This document shows, piece after piece, positions 9,901 through 23,276 of a stretch of 64,000 nt of DNA (positions are counted from its first letter, which is position 1; each line of letters opens with the position of its first letter). The stretch is from Perkinsus chesapeaki ATCC PRA-425 (lineage: Eukaryota > Protista > Perkinsozoa). The stretch is from positions 1 through 64,000 of the forward strand of contig JAAPAO010000132.1 of assembly GCA_013115145.1 (NCBI GenBank), written 5' to 3'. The notes beneath the pieces are model-generated. The model searched no databases, had not been told where the DNA came from, and was given only the letters and a program-made list of their open reading frames with translations. Position numbers and translations under genes: made by a program.

Positions 9901-12900
9901 GCTGCTGCTGGTGTTGCTTACATATCGCTTCATCTCTTCATCCACCCATCGCTGCCATTCAGTATCCAGCCAACCATCTTGTATGTGTTTTTGGCACATC
10001 TCCTCATTTGATAGAAGGCATAGCCTCACTGGACAATCAAGGTCGCTTAGTGACCCACCATACTTCACCATCTCATCTAGTACAACGTGATCGGTGTTAT
10101 AGTAGCTGATGACAAGGACTTCCGTTGATAATGTAAAGGAGGAGGGCCTACAGTGCGACATATCCCATAGAAGCGAGAGCTGTCTGAGCCATAGCCTGGG
10201 AGCCAGCAATGTCAAGCTCGAGGTGCTGCACTAGAACCTGACTGAAGTGATGGACAAAGGGGCTCTTCACCACTGCTGATTACCCTAGTGGCCCATCTGA
10301 GGAAGTCTACCTCTCCCGGATTGATGCGGGAGACTGTTGATGGTGGTAGGGCGGAATTGGAGCCATTAGCGGCAGCATCTTCGCCCCCCGAGTCGAGGGT
10401 CATGGCACGCCCTTTGATGAGAGGACCTGAGGCTTTATTTGGACCAGGCGGGAAAGGTATGCTTACGTCGAGCGTCGAAGCTTGGAGCAGCCTTGCGTCG
10501 TGGTTGACCTAAAGATACTCGTAGCCGGCAAACAGAGGGGTGCAGCCTACTTGGCATGCCGACAGCGTGGCCCTTGTTAAATCTGAAGCCTCCCCCACGG
10601 AAGGGCCTTGTTTGGGCAGATGGAGCACCACCGGCCACCACGGTATTGCTGGCATCTTCATCCCACCAGGAGCTGCTATCATAGGGGTTTCTCACACGCT
10701 TGGTTCGGTACGACGCATAGGCATCGCTGCTGTTGCTGGTGGCCGATTTCTCTTCGGGGTCTAAAAGCGTCAACTAGGGGCTAATAGACACTATAGGGCA
10801 GCTCACCAACGATGTACTGAACGTCGCTGTTGGTGAGGGCAGTTGCGTCACTTTCGAAGCTCCTTGTGGTGTCAATGTGGGTGAGGCTGGTGAGGAGGGA
10901 GACCACAAAGCATTGAAGGTAAGCTGAGCCGTTGGTCAGGGCCGCCTCGATGGCTTTCCCTGATAAATGAGTGAGAGATAACTGATAAGGCTATGGTGCT
11001 CACTGTTGCGCCGGGCTACACCAAGTGAAAGGCATGATAGCAAAGCAGCTGTAAAGGGATCGAGAGATGATATTAGGACCATACGGTAGATGAGACGATA
11101 CATATCATACTTCTGAAGGAGGGCAACACCTTCTCTGGTGGAGGAGAGCACCTATTGGAGGAAGACAGCAGCGTGGGGGTCTACTAAGCTTTCGCGAAAC
11201 GACGGAACACCCTTGGTTCCACTGAACGCAGTTTAGCGACTTCGTTTTTAATTGGGAATTTCGACAAGTTTTGGTAGAATTTATATTTCTCAGTTTTCAT
11301 GCTTATCGTGGCTACAGTGGAAAGCGGCGCATGCTCCCACAGGCTTTAATATTTTCCCTTAGCAACGTGAAATCTACCTTTCAGTAACACTATCTGCTTC
11401 AAGCATGAGACGCTACCGAGCGGTTGATAATCCCTGGAAAATGTGCTAAAGCCAACCTACCCCGATCATTGCGCCATATTCTCGACTTAGCCGTTTAAAC
11501 TGTTCAACTATGCCATCCTCCCCAGGTGAGGAAGTGAGACCTCGAAAAAGACATCAACGCAGCAGATAGGCTACTCGAAAGGCTTACTGTCAGCAGCGTC
11601 CTTAGCAGCCCACTTGAGGCCACTTTGTACGATAGGGTCAGCCCTTTGGAGAGGCGGATGGTCGTTGACTTCAACCGGCTGACCCCAACTGCCGACCCTC
11701 TCAGTTCTCTGCTGTTGCTGCCCAGATTCCTCAGGTATCATCTCCGGGGCTGACTTGGTGCTTGTATTGGTGAAGGTGTTAGCTGCTGAAGAGTCACCAA
11801 CAGGTGATGTCGACCGTGCTCTGAAGAGGGAGCAATTACGCTCCTCAACGACGACTATCGCAGCTCCTTGTCCCAGGACATTAACTCTTACTTAGAAGGC
11901 GGCCGTTCGAGCACTCCCCTACGGAGAGCTTCACAATGGTGACACATACAGTGGGCCCTATATAATATTTTCCTACTTTAAAAATGCGGCGTAGAATTGT
12001 GAGCGCTTCCGAATATCCCTGTTCGATGAGGGGACATGCACGGTGAATGTTTAGTCGTATCATATCTGTTTTCACCGATGTCCGACAAGTGTTCCTACTG
12101 TGGCAACTAGTCACAAAAAAGTGATATTATAAATTGGTCACATTGGACAACTATCATCCGAAGCTTTAATTGAGCTAAGTTTGATAGGACGTCAATTCCT
12201 ACTTAAGAAGGGGGAACGCCAAATGCAACAGCTCACGCTGTTCCTCTCATTTACCGAGCACGATATCTTTTTATAATGATTTCTCCTCTCCCCTCATAAT
12301 GCTGCTTACGTGTCCTCCGATAGACCACTTAGGCCTCTAGTCCTCGCCCTTCGACCAGTGATATCAACCCAGCTAGAGCCCTTCCTATCCGACTGTATGT
12401 GACGTTCGGCTCCTGTTATAGATTCATTCAGCATGCTTGCCAGGTCCGCAGTGAATGTGTGATGGTGATGTCGATGGTGCCTTTGAAGGATGACCTCAGC
12501 GGTCGGAGTGTCGGGAGGCAAAAAGCTCTCCGGTAGACTGATCAGAACAACAATCGATAGCAATGGCCGTACCTACGCCGCTTACCCTAGATATTTCTCG
12601 CGCGCCACAGGATGGGATACCGTCAAGGCCAGCAGTGTATTGGCAAGTCTGGCTAGTGCTAGGGACTGTCCGTTCCATGGTTGTGACCCAAACACTGGGT
12701 TCGCCATGGGGGCCTCATTAATGCTGCTCGTGGCACTTTCGTTGTCCAACTCCACCAGATCAGCGATAGTCCTGGCTGTGAAGGCGCTCCACGAACTGCG
12801 TGTTCGACGGTGGTGACGATAGTTATGATGCTTTACTGAGCGATAAGAGCAAGCCTTCCCGGATGGTCAAGGGGTCAAGGTGAGGCAATACGAGTTCTGT

Positions 12901-15900
12901 GATGGTGAGGGCCGAGGGGAGATGGAAGACAGCGCCGCCGGGGTCGCGGGAACGAAGATAAGTACAAGGCAGATGAGCGTCCTTACTTGGTGAGAAAAAA
13001 CGTAGAAGTTTTTTAAGAAAGTCGGTTTCGAGGATGCACTCGAATGCCACCGAATGGCAGCCGCCATGATCGATGCATCCATGAGCCACAACTCGGTGAA
13101 TAGTCGGCCAATGCCAAAGACTGTAGTCTCGGGTACTGAGGACTTTGGAGTCCCTCAACACCTGACAAAGTAGAGGTAGAGAGAACATCACAGCAGCAGC
13201 AGCAGTCGACGGTACCTTCATAACGTGGTCTTTGTTGCTCCAGTCTATCCTGTCACCACTGCTGCCTGCTATGACCTGATCACACACTATCACTGACGGC
13301 CAGAGCGGGGGCGGGGGCGGTGCTGACCCCGAGTGGATAGGCAGTTGCGTTTGGTATGAACTGAGGCTGTTGGACAATTCTTAGTAGTCCTGGCCATGAC
13401 AGACATCCAACTGAATTCACACCGTACTCGTAGCAGCTCATGCTCGCATCGTTGTCAGATAGCTCAGGAACCTGAGCAGTAGAATAAACCGATATGGCCG
13501 AGGCGGCGGCGGACCCTGGTAGGAAGGCACCAATAGACGCCCGGGTAGCCTAGACTTCTGTAGCTGGTCCATGTAAGGTAGTTATCGCTATCAAGCCAGG
13601 TTAGTATAGAAAGGCATCGGGATCGAAGCTGCACCGATGTCTTATCTGAGAGAGCAGTGGCGTTCACGGAACAGGCGGTCCTTGCCTGGCTCGAAGTTGG
13701 CAGCTCTGGTGACGATAGAGGTCATGTGGTGGATATCAGGGAAGGAGGCTGATGGCAGTAAGATGGTTACACAGCGCAGGATCTGAATCACCACCATCTG
13801 GGTAAACCCTCATCGAGGAGGCTTGCCGCCTACTGTGTCTATCAGACTGGTTGCCTGATGCGCCACTGGCTCGTTCTCTGGGTCGGTCATGGTAGCTAGG
13901 TAGGACACCGCGGAGGAGAGACCAAAGGTTAGTAGAATCCTCAACAGTAGCGATCCTGGCAAGCACACATTATTCCACTGGGCGCCGTTATGTACCTTAC
14001 CGAAGACTCTGGTCATGTCCATAGGTGGCTCCTTCCTGCACACCAGCACCTACCAACACCGATGCCTGATATCCTCCTACCAATCTAGCTCACCGATTTA
14101 GGTTCTTCTTTATAAGCAGTCCAAGAGCGTCCTCGACCAGTAAAGCCACTAACACCGCGGGTCCGGCTCCTGAACGCCAATAGCTCTAAGCGCCCCGTTC
14201 CAGACCAAGGCTCACCGTGGATGGTCCCAACTGAAAAGGCCTCGGTGAACTATGGTAGCCTGTGTCTCGTCAATGGTAGGACTGCTGCTGCTGCTGGCGT
14301 CGACACTATTAGGAAGATCACTGCTGTTCGCTGAGATGTTAAACGCAGTGGTGATGTGATGGCACTGTCGGGCCACTTACAGTAGATTGCCGAGGATCCC
14401 TCAAACTGAGGAACGCACCACCAACCCAGTACGTCTTGGAAGAGGATAAGCAACTCTTTGACTGTGGTCCTGAAAGTTAAGTAACCATACCCCCCATGGT
14501 AGGAGCCTATAACGATTGATAGGGTACTATGATACTAATAGACCAAGTCATATACGACATAATTGTAATTCTTAGTAATCATCAATCGAAAATATACCGG
14601 ACAAACATCGAGAGTCTAATGAGGCAGGAAGTACGAGGAGGCATCACTCAGGAGGAGGAGCTCAAGTCGAGTAATTCCGAAGCTGCTTAAAGTTACATGT
14701 CATTAGGCTTCTTCATAAGGCTTATAAGAGAGGCCAAACCTTCACAGTTGTCGGATAATAATAGTAGGCCGGGTACTGTACCTGTTCAGTTGTCTACGAC
14801 GATGGTAAGGGGAGGCTCTCAGTCATTACAGAGTAAAGCGCAGATACACCTTCTAGCACATCTACAACGTATCTCATGGACCTCGTCAGCCCCTACAGTC
14901 TGAGGCCCTCGACGTCTCCCTCCTCCATGCATAGCATCACCAGATGATGATGAGTCCTCCTGGCCTAAAGTGGCAGTACAGATATAACAACCACCACTAG
15001 TGGTTAATAATAATAACAAAACAATCGAAGTTGTTCAAGTCACTGCAAGTAGCGCACTTGAGACCAGCTGGAGGACTTGCCAGCCTGCTTCGAGCGCACA
15101 AAGATTTACCCCGCTCGGGAGCTAGCAGCCTTCCGTAATGTGATATTCCGTACTGGTGTGGTAAAACGATATGACAACGAAATTAGTGATGGTGCATGGC
15201 CAGATACTTGGTAAACCCTTGAAGAAGAGTAGTCTACGTCACCGAACTAACCTAGAAAATATCCACCAGACTTTTCTAGCATCAATCTCACCCCATGGTA
15301 CTAACCGCGCTCTACCCAGCGGACAAAGATAGTATGCGAATTGTTGAAGATAGGTTGTTGGTTACCTCTGTATCCCGTAAAGACTGTAAAGACCTGCATA
15401 AGATCCACTGCTATCTGCTTTCTCGAGTAATCTCTAAGGTCACCATCTTGAAGGACATGTACCACAGTCCATACTATTGGCTCCATGTGGAGGGTTGATA
15501 ATACTGGATCTAGACATCCATACTTGAATAGGGACTGACAGAAAGACGAAGGGGAAGGTGATGCAGCAGTAAAGTGATAAGTTAAAATGTTGTAAATTAA
15601 ACGGTAAAAAGATGGTATGTAAAATGGCAAGTAAAATGAGTGTAATAACAAAATGAAAATATTATTAACGTAACCACTAACATGACATTATCCATAAACG
15701 GATAAGTTGTGACTAAAAGTGACAGAGCGAGATGTCGAGTCTACTCCCAAGGCAATTCTGCTGGGAGCCAGAGCCAACATTTGTCAACTTCCCATACGTA
15801 CATGTCCAATACAGTATTTCGGAACTCGTACGCACGTTTTTTATTAATAAGGATTTTCGGTTTATAGAAGCAATGCAAGGTAGACTGCTTACCCCTAAAG

Positions 15901-17910
15901 CTCCGTTCTTGATAGCAGTCTTGGGGTCCTTTAGGAGGACCGTAGTAAGGGTAGAGAGGCAGAGGCTGAGAGAAGGGAAAGATAAGGAGGGGCTTTGTAA
16001 TACGCCTATTCAGGAAGGCTTTTTAATACGGAGAAGGTTAACTGACCTTACCTTCTCAGACCAACGTCAGTTGTTAAGCTGTCGGTTATAGCAACCATGG
16101 AGCGAATAGCACATACAGGTATCTAGTGGTATGGATGAAGAAGTCACTGCGCCACAAAATAGAGGAGTAGGACCTCCTGTCCATCAATTAGAGCAAGACT
16201 TATCCATCTTCTTATAAATTTGATGGCAGCTGTCCTTTCACATCGGTCATTGCTAACCTCCAGTCTGATACATACCAGTTCCATAACACGCAAAGGCTTC
16301 AAAACCTGACAAAAACAGCACTCGCAGCACTTCTGCTGCCTTATACGACTGGCGAAGTAGCAGTAGTGGATATCGATGTATCCAGTAAAGCAGCCTTAAC
16401 AGCAGCCTTCTTACAGGAAGCCGATCGTACTAGCTCATATCAGTATGAAAGCTGAGGCCGGAAATGAATAACCTTACAGTAATTCTGCAACCCATAGACT
16501 ACTCATAAAATATAGCATATTTCTATGTAACTATACAGGACTGCAGCAACAACAACCTTTCTAGAGATCGCCTAATTCTTATTGACCATTGATAGAGGCA
16601 GAATCGATCATCGATAGGAATGTGTGCCATTACTACTGTATATGACCTCCCTTTAAATTCCCTATGCTTTAATGTTAACCATGTTACCGTGGATGAGACC
16701 ACTACAATCTCTTCACTTAAGCAGTTGTAACGTTCCTTTCCCACTCACCACAGCTAACACTATACCAGGTGATAATGGTCTCATAATGTATCGCAGGGCT
16801 CTTAGGGCATAGACTCGGACTTGAAGGTTCCAATCAAACAGATAAAACCTCAATATAGAGGCTAAACGACCAAGGATGTGGTTGGTGTCTGATCATCGAA
16901 GCAGAAGAGCCCTCAACGATGGTGGACCCAATGCATGGTGATGAGAAAAGAAATGCTGCATGGCTTTCGAACCACGACCTTTCGAATGCCGCACGCGTCA
17001 CCAAAAGATTCGCCCTCCTACTTGAAAAAAATTGTAAAGAAGCCTTCTATAATAGCTATGGTAACACTAAAGCAATGGGGCGAAGAAAACTCAATACGGA
17101 GGGATCGTTTTTTGAGCCAATCGAAGTATTGTTACTTATCATAGCTGATGCAAGCCCTCTAAATGCGCCCTGTTGTGGGGTTAGACTAGGTAGCATTGGT
17201 GAACCCTTAGGCGAAGATGTCTTACTAATAGATGGAGTGGATGACAGGACCTATAACAACAGCAGTGATGGCTGCTAGTGACCATGGGGGTGTATACTAC
17301 TACTACTACCATAGTGGCTCGGCATATAAGGTCCATTTTCCTATTATTATCGCCAACCATCATAGCCCTCCTCTTAAGCTCTTTACATATGTTTTCTAAC
17401 ACTAATACCTGACACAACTATGGATGAGCTTATATGCATTGAAGAAAACCCCACCGACAACAGAAATGAAAGATCGGCTACATTGAAGCTAGGTAAGACT
17501 CGAGGGGAGTAGGCTACTAGAATTCCCGTGCCGGCCACATTTGTCATTGGGCGATATCCCTCTTGATCTGGTATTGAACACTTGCCCATTAATACCTTCT
17601 GTGGTTCTAGACTGCCCGAGGCTGATAGTCCAAGTGCCATTGATTCCTTCTTATCAACTGCTATATTATTGTCCAATACCAGACTTGATGGATCTGTTGC
17701 ATATACTACCTCCCCATCTTAAACCCTAATACTACTATTATCACCTCCAGTGAACACTTTGGCAGCGAACACCGTAGCCCTTCGACTGCTCCTGGCCGGG
17801 ACCATGGCCTCGGAGTCCTGGCTAGAAGTTGGTGAGTTTACGGAAGGGCCGGCGGCTGTCTTGGACAGATCAGAAGTTGTCCTTGGCAATCGATGATCCG
17901 ATGTAGACAT
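6928..17910 (-). CDS. RICTOR: RICTOR/Avo3 (TORC2 scaffold), many short introns; the 5' end at 17910 is tentative
   Basis: Ordered segments resemble RICTOR from N to C terminus: LLKDPKTAIKNGAL (~15930), LRDSKVLSTRDYSLWHWPTI...DFLKKLLRFFSPS (12900-13160), LSSTREGVALLQKYDMYRLI...SSLD (11040-11150), RLCLLSNEEMCQKHIQDGWLDTEWQRWVDEEMKRYV (9920-10030), GSAIYALSLLCSVPSAHQALLNLGWDPV (8120-8200) and LTALCN...EPHLFQS...HFPLATRRVIDNLFD (6980-7160). Stop at 6928. A Ser/Pro-rich N-terminal extension begins MSTSDHRLP. Family match is from recall, not a database search. Confidence 0.85.
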
Positions 17911-18073
17911 GGCCTTCTGTTACCCCACTAATGCTGACTTAATCCAGTCTCTTCCCTATTGAACTAGCAACGAAACTCATATTGCTGCGAACAAGGTAAG
18001 CATGTTGTTGTATTGCTAATAAAGCAATAAGTAGTAAGCGATCCTATAGAATCGTCACTACACTGTGATATCA

Positions 18074-18909
18074 TCACAACACCAGTACGTCACGTCTTGC
18101 ATGACATCGGCAGGTAGCCACGCTATAGGTAGCCGCCTTTGGCTCCCCTCCTCCGCCTTTAAACTTAACTCGATCCCAGAACATAAGCCCAGGAGTGATC
18201 GGCAATGCGGGGCTACTGGATGGGCACGTCGTCGGCTTATAAGATCTGGTCGACTCGGAATCCACCAAATGCGGTATCTTAATGTAAGCGAGCCACATTA
18301 TGAACCCAAGAACGAATGTGATGGTTACGGTATAAACGAAATACAATATAGTGAGCCTGAAGAGAAGATACGCTTATCGATGGTGCAGCTAAAGATATTA
18401 CTTGGTCGATGTTGGCCTCATACGCCATTTGGTAGGTGGGGCGAACCCTAGCGGAAGCCCTCCGCTGTGGGCAAAAACAACAACCCGTGGATTTTCGATA
18501 ATACGGTGATTCGGTGGTGACACGCCAATAGCAGCTAGTCCTGGCCTTCCGATTACAGAACTGCAACTTAAATTCATTTTCATACCGATTTCTCCGCTAT
18601 TACCTCATAAATGCACCCCCATAGTCTCGTGACCCTTGCTCTCCCCGAAGCATTTCGCGGGTTTCGGTCTCCATTTCCGCAGTATCCTGCTGCTGCTGTT
18701 GTTGATTCTTATCAGGCCCCCTAGTAGGAGCCAAGAAGCTTTCCGGTGCAATTATATTTTGCCGCGCATGACGCTCTCGCCTCTGTGAATGGAAATAATG
18801 AGATTGTGTCCCCTCCTTATAGTACCTTTCCAAGATGATGACTACTCCCCTCCCCCAGCAGGGCTATAGACGTTAATATGAAGCATAAAGCAATAAGGCG
18901 AGTTGCCAT
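18074..18909 (-). CDS. Hypothetical type I membrane protein (signal peptide plus one TM helix)
   Basis: Spliced model: MATRLIALCFILTSIALLGEG..., three canonical short introns, a poly-Q tract, then TM segment ILYFVYTVTITFVLGFIMWLAYI. Confidence 0.55.
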
Positions 18910-19093
18910 TATATCAAGGCCACTAGTAATAACATGCCACCGATCGTACTATTGATTTTTCAATATTGGGCGAGCGCTACTATTTAGTTTTATGGCGCGT
19001 GACGTTTAAATGATTCGTTCACGCATGTGAGCGTTGTGGTAGCGCGGCCAGAGATAAAATAATGTAACCAGTTTCAGTACCTGTTCCTCCTGT
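18910..19093. promoter_or_regulatory. Compact divergent intergenic region (probable bidirectional promoter / trans-splice acceptor zone)
   Basis: Only 184 bp separates two head-to-head start codons. It contains CpG-rich motifs GCGCGTGACG and TCACGCATGTGA. Function is inferred from position only. Confidence 0.35.
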
Positions 19094-21465
19094 ATGTCAT
19101 CTTCTGTCGAGTCTGCTGCTGCTATCCTCCCAAAAAGAGAGGGTCCAGACTCGGCCACCACACCTGAAGACGCTCTCGAATGGGAGGACTGGAAGGGTGA
19201 TATACCATTTATTCATCATGCCATTGCTGGCTCATGTGCCGGTATAGCCGAGCATGTTGCTACATTCCCACTGGACACTATAAAGGTAGTAGCAGCCCCC
19301 ACCATAACAACCCCTCATCAGCTCCATGTTAGACGCGTATGCAAGCCTACTCCGGTGCGAATGGCGGCACTGTTCGCCTATCAACCGTTCTAGAGTCTGT
19401 TAAATCGGAGTACGGCCTTAAAGGCTTTGTCCGTGGCTGGGGGGCCATAGCAACTGGATGCGTTCCTGCACATATTGCTTTATTTTCAGTTTATGAGAAG
19501 CTCAAGGACTTGTAATAATTCATATTAAAGTGAGGTGATGCAGCCATAACTTCAGAGCTGGTGTTCAAAACGAGCACTGCGCGTATCGCGTACCAAAGTC
19601 CCTCCTTTGTGGAGCTCTGGCCCAATTCGCCCATGACAGGTTGGTGCCGAATCTTAGCTTGAAGCATGCACCTAGCTCATTAGTATTTTAACCCCTATGG
19701 ATGTCGTCAAGCAGAGGCTACAACTAGGATGTTATCGAGGGACATTCCACTGCATCAAAAGCATGGTACTAATGGTCGGGCATCGCACACAATTCTGTCT
19801 CCCGGTGTGGGGGTATACATCACCCTCAATCCCGGTGATAGGTGTGTGCTATCAGCTGACTACCGCGCATGGAAGTTGCCCAAGCACTCGATAAGAAATA
19901 CTTTTCCACCTTACCACCTACATTTCTATAGATCATCATCATCGTCCGTTGGTGCCATGAGCAGTGCTCTCCATGATATACCGCTCGCTCCGTTTCCTTG
20001 TTCGCATTCCTGCTTTATAGCGATTGCTCCGCTTTATCGTTTTTAATAAAGGTCAGATTATTGAGAATATAGTATTAATAATATAAACTCTTTAAGGTCG
20101 AGTAGTGTTAGTTTCTCATAATGCTTAGGTCCGTACTGAAGGTGCTGTATCTCTATTCCGCTCCCTTCCTGTAACTGCCCTCATGAATGCACCTCAAGGA
20201 GCAGTCACTGTACGCTATAACATCTGCGCTCTACATAACACTACTTTCAGGTAGCTGTTAATGAAGCCATTAAGCGTGTCTGGGGCCTTGGCGAGGGTAA
20301 GGGTAACCATCTTCCTGCGTACTTTGCCTCGGCTGGCATAGCAGGTAGTAATGGTGGCTACATCGATCTGGTCTGGGTTGCATTCCAACTCCCCAGGACA
20401 GCGGTTTCTGGTGGAGGGAAGGACGGTTGTTGGTAAATTTCATCCATTAATAAACCAGTAGCGCCTTTCGGTATTGATCTGGCTTCGATTTTTACCGAAA
20501 AATTTAAATTAACGTAGAATTTGACCGATCGACCATCGGATTGCCACTTGATGAGGTCAGCCAACAACCCATCGTAGCCGCCCCCATGTGTCCATTCATT
20601 ATCAGGAGGGATAGCATCACTGACAACCCAGCCATTGGACGTTATTAAAACTCGTTTACAAACACAGGATTGTCTTTGTCGGAAGGATCAGACCAAGATG
20701 CGCCCCAAGGTATCACTATAGGCTCTCACTTTTCACCGGAGGGTGACTTCCACAGGTATGTCCTCGAAAACTGGCTGCTCTCCAGGCTAGAGGGATCGTC
20801 TCGGCGACTGGAGAGCTTTTGGTTAATCCTGCTGAGGTAGCTCTCCCTCAATAATTGTTGCGGAGATCACTCATCAGATACCGGAGGCTACAATGGTGAA
20901 GCTCAGAGCTCGAGGCATTGATGTTGCCAATTTAAAATCCAGTATAAGACCTGCGTCTCAGGTCATAACAGAGACCATAGAACTACTAGAGGGGGACTGC
21001 TTCATATTTCTCGCTCGAAATCCCTATCGTCCACATGACTGCCTTCTCTAGATCTAATTAGTAAAAGGCAATGACAAATTAACTCTTAGTTAATAGCTCT
21101 TAGCTATATTAATCTGTTCTGAGCTGTATTAACTTGGTATTAACTTGGTGTAGTAACACTCTCTCCCCCACGAGGAGCAGCTCCCCTAAGGTTGCATGGA
21201 TGCCCACATCTTATCCAATCTCCCCTCATCTTAGGCCTCTACAGCTCCTCGATATAGCTCTGTGATGTCCGCTGCCAAACTAATATGGATGGAGGAAGGC
21301 TTTAGAGGATTCTTCCGGGTACTAGCTCATCGTCACTGCGCCACATAATTCCTTTAGGGTATGGTTCCTCGTTTTTGCCTATCGATACCGGCAACTGCCA
21401 CCTGTTGGGGCAGCTATGAGACCGTTAAGGCGTTACTAGCCCGGTGGCAGGATCTGCATCACTGA
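19094..21465 (+). CDS. Mitochondrial carrier, mitoferrin type (MRS3/4, SLC25A28/37)
   Basis: WEDW...HHAIAGSCAGIAEHVATFPLDTIK, PMDVVKQRLQL, RSLPVTALMNAPQ, QPLDVIKTRLQTQ, EEGFRGFFRG and CWGSYETVK. Three Px[DE]xxK carrier signatures plus the mitoferrin AGxxEH motif. Stop at 21463-21465. Confidence 0.88.
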
Positions 21466-21765
21466 TTACCACTAATTTACATAGAGGCATATCTTAGCCT
21501 TGTTTTGTATTATATAACCGTTTCACACTTACCATCACTGAGCTAGAATCCTGTACATTGCCAAAATGACAAACTATTTCCAACACCATCCGCCTAGTGT
21601 TTATCACTGCTGCTTTCTGCGACGTGACGTTTCCGGGCCCTTCACGAGAACAGATGAGTAGGCCTTGGACCCAGCGGCACTATTGGGATGAGCGCAACAG
21701 CATGATTGCCAAAACGGGTTGAAACATGTCTTTAAAAATTGCTAGTCCTTCTGCTGCTGCTGCTG

Positions 21766-23078
21766 TTACATCTTACTATTACGGAAGCCCTGTACTTCCA
21801 AAGCCTCGGCTAATGACCCTACACAGGCCTGGACTATCTCCTTACGAGAATTATACCCCATCAGGCCGATCCTCCATACCTTGCCGGCTAGCTCCCCCAA
21901 TGCAAGGCCAATTTCAATGTTGAATTTTTCTCTCATATAGACGACAACAGCCTTACCATCAACACCTGGTGGGACCACGACCGTAGTCAGACTCGGTAGT
22001 CTGACGTCAGCGTCTTCGATCATCACTTCGAGACCGATCTTCTTGAGCTCAGCAACGAGGTAGTCAGCATTGGACTTGTGACGCGCCCATACGTTCTCGA
22101 GACCCTCCTCGGCGACTAGCTGCAGGGCCACTCTCATAGCGTAGATCATCGATATCGGGGCGGTATGGTGATACACTCGTGGAGCACCACCAGAACTTTG
22201 GATGTATTTGCGTATCATGGTCATGTCTAAATACCAATTAGGAACCTGAATGAGGTCATCTTGAATGTTGCCTGCGAAGGTATCTTACAGGGGTCTTTCT
22301 AGCAGCAAGCTTAGCCAAGGCACGTTCACCGAAGGTAAGGGGTGCTACACCAGGTGGGCATCCCATACACTTCTGGGTCCCAGCATAGGCAGCATCAACA
22401 AGCCAGTCATCAATGTAGACAGGGACACCACAAATGGAGGTGACGGTGTCGAGTAGGAGGAGGCAATCGTACTCCCTGCAAAGTTTGCCGACACCTTCCA
22501 TTGGTTGTTTGGTGCCGGTAGAGGTCTCAGCATGACATATCCACATTAGCTTTGGTCTATGTTCTTCTAGACCAGCACGTATCTCATCCAGAGTAAAAAC
22601 TGTGCCATAGGGCTTTCTGATGTGTTGCACGTTGGCACCGTAGCGACTGTGCATGTCGAGAGCGCGTTCACCAAAGTAGCCGTTAACGCAGATGAGATGG
22701 GTATCGCCGACCTCGGTAAGATTGGCGATCGCAGCCTCCCACGCGGCGCTACCAGTACCTTGCTGACAAGTGCGAGGCAGTAGGAGAGAGGGTCTTACCA
22801 GATACGGGGATGGTGAAAGTGTTATTGGTTTGCCATACATAACGGAGAAGCTTTTTCAAATCCTCAACAATAGCCAAGAAATCAACGTCCATATGGCCGA
22901 CCTGACAGTGTCGAAGCATGACCACTTTTAAAAGGATGATTCAACTCACTTGTGGCAAAGACATTGCTGCATGCACCTCAGGGTGGGCGTTCTGAGGGCC
23001 GGGGCCTAGAAGGAGCCTCGTGGGACCCTTGAAAGGTTTAACTTCACCAGTTAAAAAAGGATTATTGATACCCACCAT
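21766..23078 (-). CDS. AGXT: Alanine-glyoxylate / serine-pyruvate aminotransferase (class V PLP)
   Basis: RLLLGPGP, VGHMD, GTGSAAWEAAIANL, HAETSTG, LLDTVTS, GTQKCMGCPPG (PLP lysine), YHHTAP and WRIGLMG. C-terminus is SKM. Three short GT-AG introns. Confidence 0.93.
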
Positions 23079-23276
23079 TACGGCCGAATGAGGGGTAACA
23101 GCTGTTCTGTGGCAGGACTCAAATCGGCGTGGGGCTGGGCGAGCGCTAATGCTATAGCGCAACTTCCGTTACGGGAGGTTTCTCAAAGATACCTGGCTAG
23201 ATGGCGCTGCTTGAGACACTATGTAAATTGCCCATTGTATTATGTATTTGCTAGACCTTATATTGCTCATCCTGCT

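Noticed and set aside
21529-21552. Minus-strand TAGCTCAGTGATGG A-box-like word as the missing tRNA 5' half
   Set aside because: There is no D-stem partner, and its flank (AGGATTC) cannot pair with either orphan acceptor strand.
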